A DNA stretch of 64,000 nucleotides from Mytilus trossulus (taxonomy: Eukaryota): NCBI RefSeq assembly GCF_036588685.1, contig NC_086383.1, positions 45,136,001 through 45,200,000 of the forward strand, written 5' to 3'. A program made the position numbers and the translations under genes. The notes below the pieces were generated by a model. That model searched no databases. It was not told the DNA's origin and saw nothing but the letters and a program-made list of their open reading frames with translations. Numbering within the stretch: the stretch's first letter is position 1; each line of letters starts with the position of its first letter. Positions 57,501 through 64,000 of the stretch are shown piece by piece.

Positions 57501-60181
57501 CTATAATGTGGTTTTTTATTTATTATACGAAAAAAATGAATTTAAAATATTGTGTATAGCCTTAAGTAAAACTATACAGTAAGCTGATGATAGTTATAAG
57601 TTGTTTGTTTGTTTACCATTAGTCAAATGACAGCTAATAATACCTCTTGACAATTAAGACAACATAAGATAACAAATACTTCCGGTATTGTATCAATTTA
57701 AAACCACAATTTGAAGGTAATTAATTGAAATGTTACACTGAATATAACGTTCTCAATACTCAGTTTGTCACTTGAGTGTGGGCTTTGCTCATTGTTGAAG
57801 GCCGTATGATGACCTTTATTTGTAAATTTCTGTGTGATTTGGTCTCTTGTGGAGAGTTACCTCATTGGCAATCATACAAACATTTTTTTTTTTATATAAA
57901 CAGTATTTTAAAAGTAGGCAGTTTTTCGGCTGTTGTTTACTCTTTGGTCGGGTTGTTGTCTCTTTGGCACATTACCCATTTCCATTCTCAATATTAGTAT
58001 ACGGAAGAATATTTAACGGATACAGATGTCTTTTAATTAATATATTTGCCACATAATCTAATCTACATCTAAAGGTATCAACTTGGATGCTTGTAATATA
58101 CCCTACTGGACGTTATGACAATCAATATTCAAAGATACATTTCTGCAAAGAATAAAATTAAACTGTGATCTAAGTACTAAGAACATAATAATTTGTATAT
58201 GATAGGGTGTATGGATAATTTTTGTTTGTCTGCTGCTTTTCTTCTTACTCCAAAATGAGCACATTTCAAGTGAGTATGTTTACATATTCGTATAATGTCC
58301 ATCAGTCTCACCAAATCCAATCCGATTATAAATAAAGGATGTGGAAGGGGTTTACAGAATAGAGAATTATTGGCAAAAAAGAGAAAAATGGGCAAAAAAA
58401 AAAAGAAAAAAAAAAGAGAATAATGGGGTTTGATATAAAGAATAATGTCAACATTAAGGAATTGGGTAAAAATAGTTATATTGATTGATGAAAAGAACAA
58501 TGCCCAGAATACATACATATTTAAGTTATTAAGTTATTACAAAATAGCCATTACTTTGAAAGATAAAGAATATTGAGCCAAACAATTAAGGATCTCTCAT
58601 CCAAACCCTCATATTTAATCATATTGCCACACTTTTTACTTGACAACCATTTGAAAAACTAATTAAGGCTACTACTAGAATGTGTCTGATTATATCCAGT
58701 AAGATAGCATTTAAAATTATTATTCGTCCTTATGCTTCCAGAACGTACCGTACAATCCGTATGAGGAAGAAGGAAACAACTACTAAGACAGAGATGTTGT
58801 ATTATTGCCAGTGATATAGCTATCAGCAAAATATAAAAACAAGAAAAAAGATGTAAACAACTACTACTATACTACAAATACATGTAGCTAGAATAACTAA
58901 GCATAACAAATCTGGAGTTAGCTGAAATATTCAACTTTTCGTTAGGTCCAAACTAATCATTAAAGAGAGAGGAATACAAATTGTATTTACAAATAAGTCT
59001 ACAATTTAATGTGTTCTTTTTCGGTTGAACTTTTTTAAGAGTGATTGATTGCCTCCCACCACAACACTCTGTCATTTGTAATGTCTAGGGCTATAGGTTA
59101 TCAATGAGACACTATTCTTTTCTCTATAAATACAAACAGGCGTTTGTCGTAACTATTTATAGATATGACAAGCAAAGTAAATATTTTAAAATTTAAAAAC
59201 TTTATTTTTTGTCAAATAATTTATTTTATAGTAGTAATATTTATTATATAATATTATATTGAACTTTCCGTCGTTATTTCCTGTTTTTACGGTTTGCAAA
59301 CTGCTGTGAAATAAAATCAGATGCATTCACACGTATTGGCATATACCAGTTGACTTTATTACAAAAAAGAAAACTATAAAGGGTTAAAATGGTTACATGT
59401 TTCCGTTTATTAACAGATTTGGTGCATTATGTATGAAACTGCCCGTTATCTTAATGTTGCATTTCGTATAAATATAATATACAATTTCTGCTGTATGAAA
59501 TAATCTCCCTTTGCTATAATTATGAGATGATTAAAAAAAACTATATCGCTGTGAAAGAAAGGAATATCATCTAGTAAATATACCAATTGAAAGATTTTGC
59601 TATTGTCATGGAGGAATTATTCCTTCTTAAATTGACTTGTGAAAAGGATAGACTATCAAATGAAATATTAGGTAGTCTTAAAGAGACCAGTGGAGCTGTA
59701 TTAGCTCAACACTGTTGACTGTGAATTTATTTGCAGAAAATAGCTCCGCACTTATTCACTAAATATTTTAATTACCTAAACTTATGTTTTTGTTTCATTG
59801 TTCACATTTTGTAAATGTATGTGGAATATTTAATGAAGTATCTGAACATCAGCATTTCAATTTTGGTCTGATTTGCAAGAGATCCTGGTACCTTTGATAA
59901 CTATTTACACCACTGGGTTGATGCCACTGCCGGTGGACGTTTCGTCCCCGAGGGTTCACCAGCCCAGTAGTCAACACTTCGGTGTTGACATGAATATCAA
60001 TAATGTTGTCATTTTTATAAATTTCCTGTTAACAAAATTTTGAATTTTTCGAAAAACTAAGGAATTTTTTTCTCACAGGCATAGATTATATTAGCCGTAT
60101 TTGGCACAACTTTTTGGAATTTTAGATCCTCAATGCTCTTCAACTTTGTACATTTTTGGCTTTATAAATATTTTGATATGA

Positions 60182-60224
60182 GCGTCACTGATGAGTCTTT
60201 GTAGGCGAAACGCGCGTCTGGCGT
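60182..60224 (+). ncRNA. Minimal type I hammerhead ribozyme (family 1, copy 1)
   Basis: gcgtca-CTGATGA-gtct(ttgt)aggc-GAAA-c(gcgc)g-TC^-tggcgt. Predicted cleavage after C60218. Confidence 0.9.
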
Positions 60225-60544
60225 ACTAAATTATAATCCTGGTACCTTTGATAACTATTTACACCACTGGGTCAATGCCACTGCTGATGGAAGTTTCGTC
60301 CCCGAAGGTTTCACCAGCCCAGTAGTCAACACTCCGATGTTGACATGAATATCAACAATGTGGTCATGTGGTCATTTTTATAAATTTCCTGTTAACAAGA
60401 CTTTGAATTTTCGAAAAACTTATGATTTTTTTTTATCCCAGGCATAGATTACCTTAGCCGTATTTGGCACAACTTTTTGATATTTTGGATTCTCAATGCT
60501 CTTCAACTTTGTACATTTTTGGCTTTATAAATATTTTGATATGA

Positions 60545-60588
60545 GCGTCACTGATGAGTCTTATGTAGACGAAACGCGCGTCTGGAGT
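60545..60588 (+). ncRNA. Minimal type I hammerhead ribozyme (family 1, copy 2)
   Basis: gcgtca-CTGATGA-gtct(tatgt)agac-GAAA-c(gcgc)g-TC^-tggagt. Predicted cleavage after C60582. One stem I mismatch. Confidence 0.87.
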
Positions 60589-60938
60589 ACTTTATTAGAA
60601 TCCTGGTACCTTTGATAACTATCAGGCACAGTGGGACGACCCTTTATTGACGTTTAATCGACACGAGGGAACGGTGACGCATAGTAAACTGACCCTACTG
60701 TTACACTCCTTACACAAACAAATATTTAGCTTGATTAAATGTTTAACGTTGACGGTTTGGTTAATAAAAGTTTTAAGATTTGGGTGTTTTCAAATTAACC
60801 CTATAATTTGTCATCGGTCAGTACTAATGGCATCAGAGGCTGTTATGCCATTACAGACATCCTTGACCAATTTGACAGACCTAGAGCATATAACAGGACC
60901 ATTTTGAAAACACCCATCAATTAAAACTTTAATAAGAT

Positions 60939-62369
60939 ACATGCAACACAAGACAAAAAGTAAAGCCATGACGGGTTAAATTGCAAACATTACAATATTT
61001 ATAGCTAAAAAAAAAGTTAAGCCATGACGGGTTAAAAGGCAACATTACAATAGATAGACAAAAAAGTAAAACCATGACGGGGCAAAATGCAACGTTACAA
61101 TAGCTAGACAAAAAGTAAAACTATGACGGGTTAAAATGCAGCATTAAAATAGCTAGACAAAAAGTAAAACCATGACGGGATAAACTGCAGCATTACAATA
61201 GGTAGACAAAAAGTAAACCCATGGTGGGGGCAAAATGCAACATTGCAATAGCTAGACAAAGTGTAAAACCATGACAGGCTAAAATGCAATATTGCGATAG
61301 CTAGACAAAAAGTAAACCCAAGACGGGACAATATGCAACATTACAATAGCTAGACAAAATTTAAAACCATGACGGGGCAAAATGCAACATTACAAAAGCT
61401 AGACAAAAGGAAAAATTATGACGGGGCAAATTGCAACACTACAATAGCTAGAAATCATGTAAAACCATGACGGGGCAAAATGTAACATTACAATAGCTAG
61501 ATAAAATGTAAAATCATGACGGGATAAACTGCAACACTACTATAGCTAGACAAAAAGTAAAAACCATGACGGGGCAAAATGCAACATTACAATAGGTAGA
61601 CAAAAAGTAAAACCATGACGTGTTAAAATGCAACATAACAATAGCTTGACAAAAAGTAAAAACCATGACGGGGCAAAATGCAACATTACAATAGGTAGAC
61701 AAAAAGTAAAACTATGACGGGTTACAATGCAGCATTACAATAGGTAGAAAAAATGTAAAACCATGATAGGTTAAAATGCAACATTACAATAGCTAGACAA
61801 AAAGTAAAACCATGACGGGTTATAACGCAACACTACTATAGCTAGCCAAAAAGTAAAACCATGATGTGGAAAAATGCAAATTACAATTGCTAGACAATAT
61901 GTAAAATCATGACGGGGCAAAATGCAACACTACAATATCTAGACAACATGTAAAACCATGAACGGATTAAAATGCAACATTACTTTAGCTAGACCAAAAG
62001 GAAAATCATGACGGGGCAAAATGCAACATTACAATAGCTAGACAACATGTAAAACCATGACGGAGCAAAATGCAACATAACAATTGCTAGACAACATGTA
62101 AAACCGTGACGGAGCAAAATGCAACATTACAATTGCTAGACAAAATGTAAAACCATGACGGGGCAAACTGCAACATTGCATCATTGTCATAGGTAGACAA
62201 AAAGTAAGTCCATGACGGGGCAAAATGCAACATTACAATAGGTAGACAAAAAGTAAACCCATGACGGGTTAAAATGCAACATACCAATAGCTAGACTAAA
62301 AGTTAAATCATGACGGATTAAAATGCAAACATAACATACATATTAGAAACATGCAACACAAGACAAAAA
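60939..62369. repeat. 49-bp tandem array (~28 copies)
   Basis: Unit agctagacaaaaagtaaaaccatgacggggcaaaatgcaacattacaat. The array is bounded by a 21-bp direct repeat, acatgcaacacaagacaaaaa. Confidence 0.93.
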
Positions 62370-63014
62370 ATTCTAAACTAGTCAAGTTAATTATATGTGA
62401 AGCTTATTTGCGCAAATCTTTCACACACAAACAGATGCATGGCATTTACTAAATGAAAGAAAGTTCAGATCACTCAAGCTGACACCAAGTTTTGATTGAC
62501 AACTTTTCCTACCTGCAACTTATTTGTTTCGGGAGAAAAAGGTATGCTGCATGCAATTCTAATCCAACACGGGGGGGGGGGGGGGGGGGGGGAATGGTAG
62601 CGTTAAAGTTATCTAAAAGAATTTGATTATTTGAGTTCTTTCTATCTGCTATTCTAAACTTATAAAACAAGAGTATAATACCCGTGCAATTTCAATATTA
62701 ATTCCCCTTAAATTTGTATTGTGAAAAACGACAAATTATGTTAAATGAAAGTAGAAAAGAAAGTAAAGTAAAATATAAAATATGAAAAATACAAGTCATT
62801 CGACTTTACCAAAAATATTGCAATTGTAATTATATAATTCAGTTATGTATAAACGATGATTCATGATGACAAATAACACATAAATAGCTAATTTTGCGCC
62901 CATCAAAGGCAACGTTACATAAATATCATATAAAAAAGTACAAAACATGTAAAACATAAACAAATGAAGGGAGTCAGTATGATACTTGTTTTTAAAATGT
63001 ACACAAAGTATTAA

Positions 63015-63783
63015 AGGGGCACTAGCTGTCAAATTCATGGTCACCGATTTGACTCAAATTCTCATATTTGATTTATAACAATGTTCAACATTTATCCAAA
63101 CAATTAAAAGTCTAAAATAAACAGTTTACAGAGCATGGGGTAGATAATATACAGGTTCGTTTCGTGTGTATTTTACTTTGGCCACGAGCATCACTGAAGA
63201 GACATGTATTGTCGAAATGCGCATCTGGTGCAAGAAAATTGGTACCGTTAATTTTATTACTCCAGACGCCATCTAATTAACTATCGGTTTGACCTCAGAT
63301 GACCATATAAGCGATGTAAACATAAATTTAGATATGATAAGATTAAACCAACACGCGCAATTGGATTTTTATAGGTCTGTTTGATCTTATTTTATAGATT
63401 AAAAATAGATGTTTCTCATTGTTTAAACCGTATAAGAATGATTTTATTTGCATCGAATAAGTAATCAAATGATTTACCGTAGTTTCTCTTTCATTGTTGA
63501 CATTATTTTTCTTTCAATAACCAGTACACGTACAATGCATGCGTTGTCAGTTTCTAGCTAGGGGTTAAATTGAAGTTCACATGAATACGGATTTAAAGAG
63601 GTCGACTCATTCACTTGCAAGTGAAATAACACATTATCAATGTTTCTTAGCGTAATTTTACAAAATTGAACCTTTTTTTGGTGCAAAAAGCGAAAGGTTA
63701 TTTCACTATTTCACTTTCATTATTGATTGAACAGAAATAAATCAAACTTTAGATTTTTTATATATCTCGTAGCTAGTGCCCCT
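63015..63783. mobile_element. Kolobok-type (TTAA target) non-autonomous DNA transposon
   Basis: TTAA|AGGGGCACTAGCT ... AGCTAGTGCCCCT|TTAA: a perfect 13-bp terminal inverted repeat with a TTAA duplication. Confidence 0.85.
63188..63231 (+). ncRNA. Minimal type I hammerhead ribozyme (family 2, solo copy; element ~63177-63261) nested in the Kolobok MITE
   Basis: gcatca-CTGAAGA-gaca(tgtat)tgtc-GAAA-t(gcgc)a-TC^-tggtgc. Predicted cleavage after C63225. Near-identical to the 37.4-kb copy. Confidence 0.88.
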
Positions 63784-64000
63784 TTAAAGTAACAAATAGA
63801 AACTTACAAATTACATTTGAAAAAACGATTAAAAAATTGCGCAGTAAAATATGATATGTAAAATTGTCTTTCCAAAGAAAATTAATATGGGATAGAGTCC
63901 TCCCCGTGTTCCACTGCATATTCCGGTTTTTTTTGCAGATTGTGTTATCTAGAATCTCTTTTGTCTTTTCGTTGTTTTTCATTTTTGTTTTTTTTACATG

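Larger units (their letters stand above)
59882..60622 (+). mobile_element. Non-LTR retrozyme: tandem dimer of ~354/364-bp units, each with a hammerhead ribozyme
   Basis: atcctggtacctttgataactat at 59882, 60236 and 60600. One hammerhead core per unit. Confidence 0.9.

Noticed and set aside
59911-59970. Opposite-polarity hammerhead in the retrozyme (minus strand: actggg-CTGGTGA...GAAA...cccagt)
   Set aside because: The core has G at the invariant A6, there is no UH immediately before stem I, and stems II and III are non-canonical. It is better explained as the complement of the plus-strand structured module, though a cleavage test would be cheap.
62571-62592. Long G/C homopolymers (also 32319-32342 and 47495-47516) as functional G-quadruplexes
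   Set aside because: Such runs are common in this genome's MITE remnants and their lengths are error-prone. There is no supporting context.

Overview
AT-rich, intron-containing eukaryotic DNA. The interspersed repeat families look like those of bivalves, probably Mytilus (an inference from repeat recognition). Bases 1-9097 appear to be part of one long MCM3 intron. It holds an apparently intact L1/Tx1-type LINE on the minus strand, with ORF2 running off the window, and the last two exons of a separate same-strand spliced gene that may be transposon-borne. The 3' half of MCM3 follows as 11 exons (9098-17418). Next come Helentron-type (HINE) elements, one carrying a 166-bp satellite, and a 76-bp satellite interrupted by a long-hairpin element. 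A compact cluster then contains three single-coding-exon DHHC palmitoyltransferases, an ankyrin/SOCS-box-like gene beginning MGCxxS and an orphan class A GPCR. The distal part is mostly tandem arrays and MITEs. The most notable non-coding signal is four minimal type I hammerhead ribozymes of two families. Two lie in a tandem ~354/364-bp retrozyme array (59882-60622) and two are solo copies (37.4 kb and 63.2 kb, the latter inside a Kolobok-type MITE). A Penelope GIY-YIG remnant lies at 33 kb. All calls come from manual reading; no searches were run.
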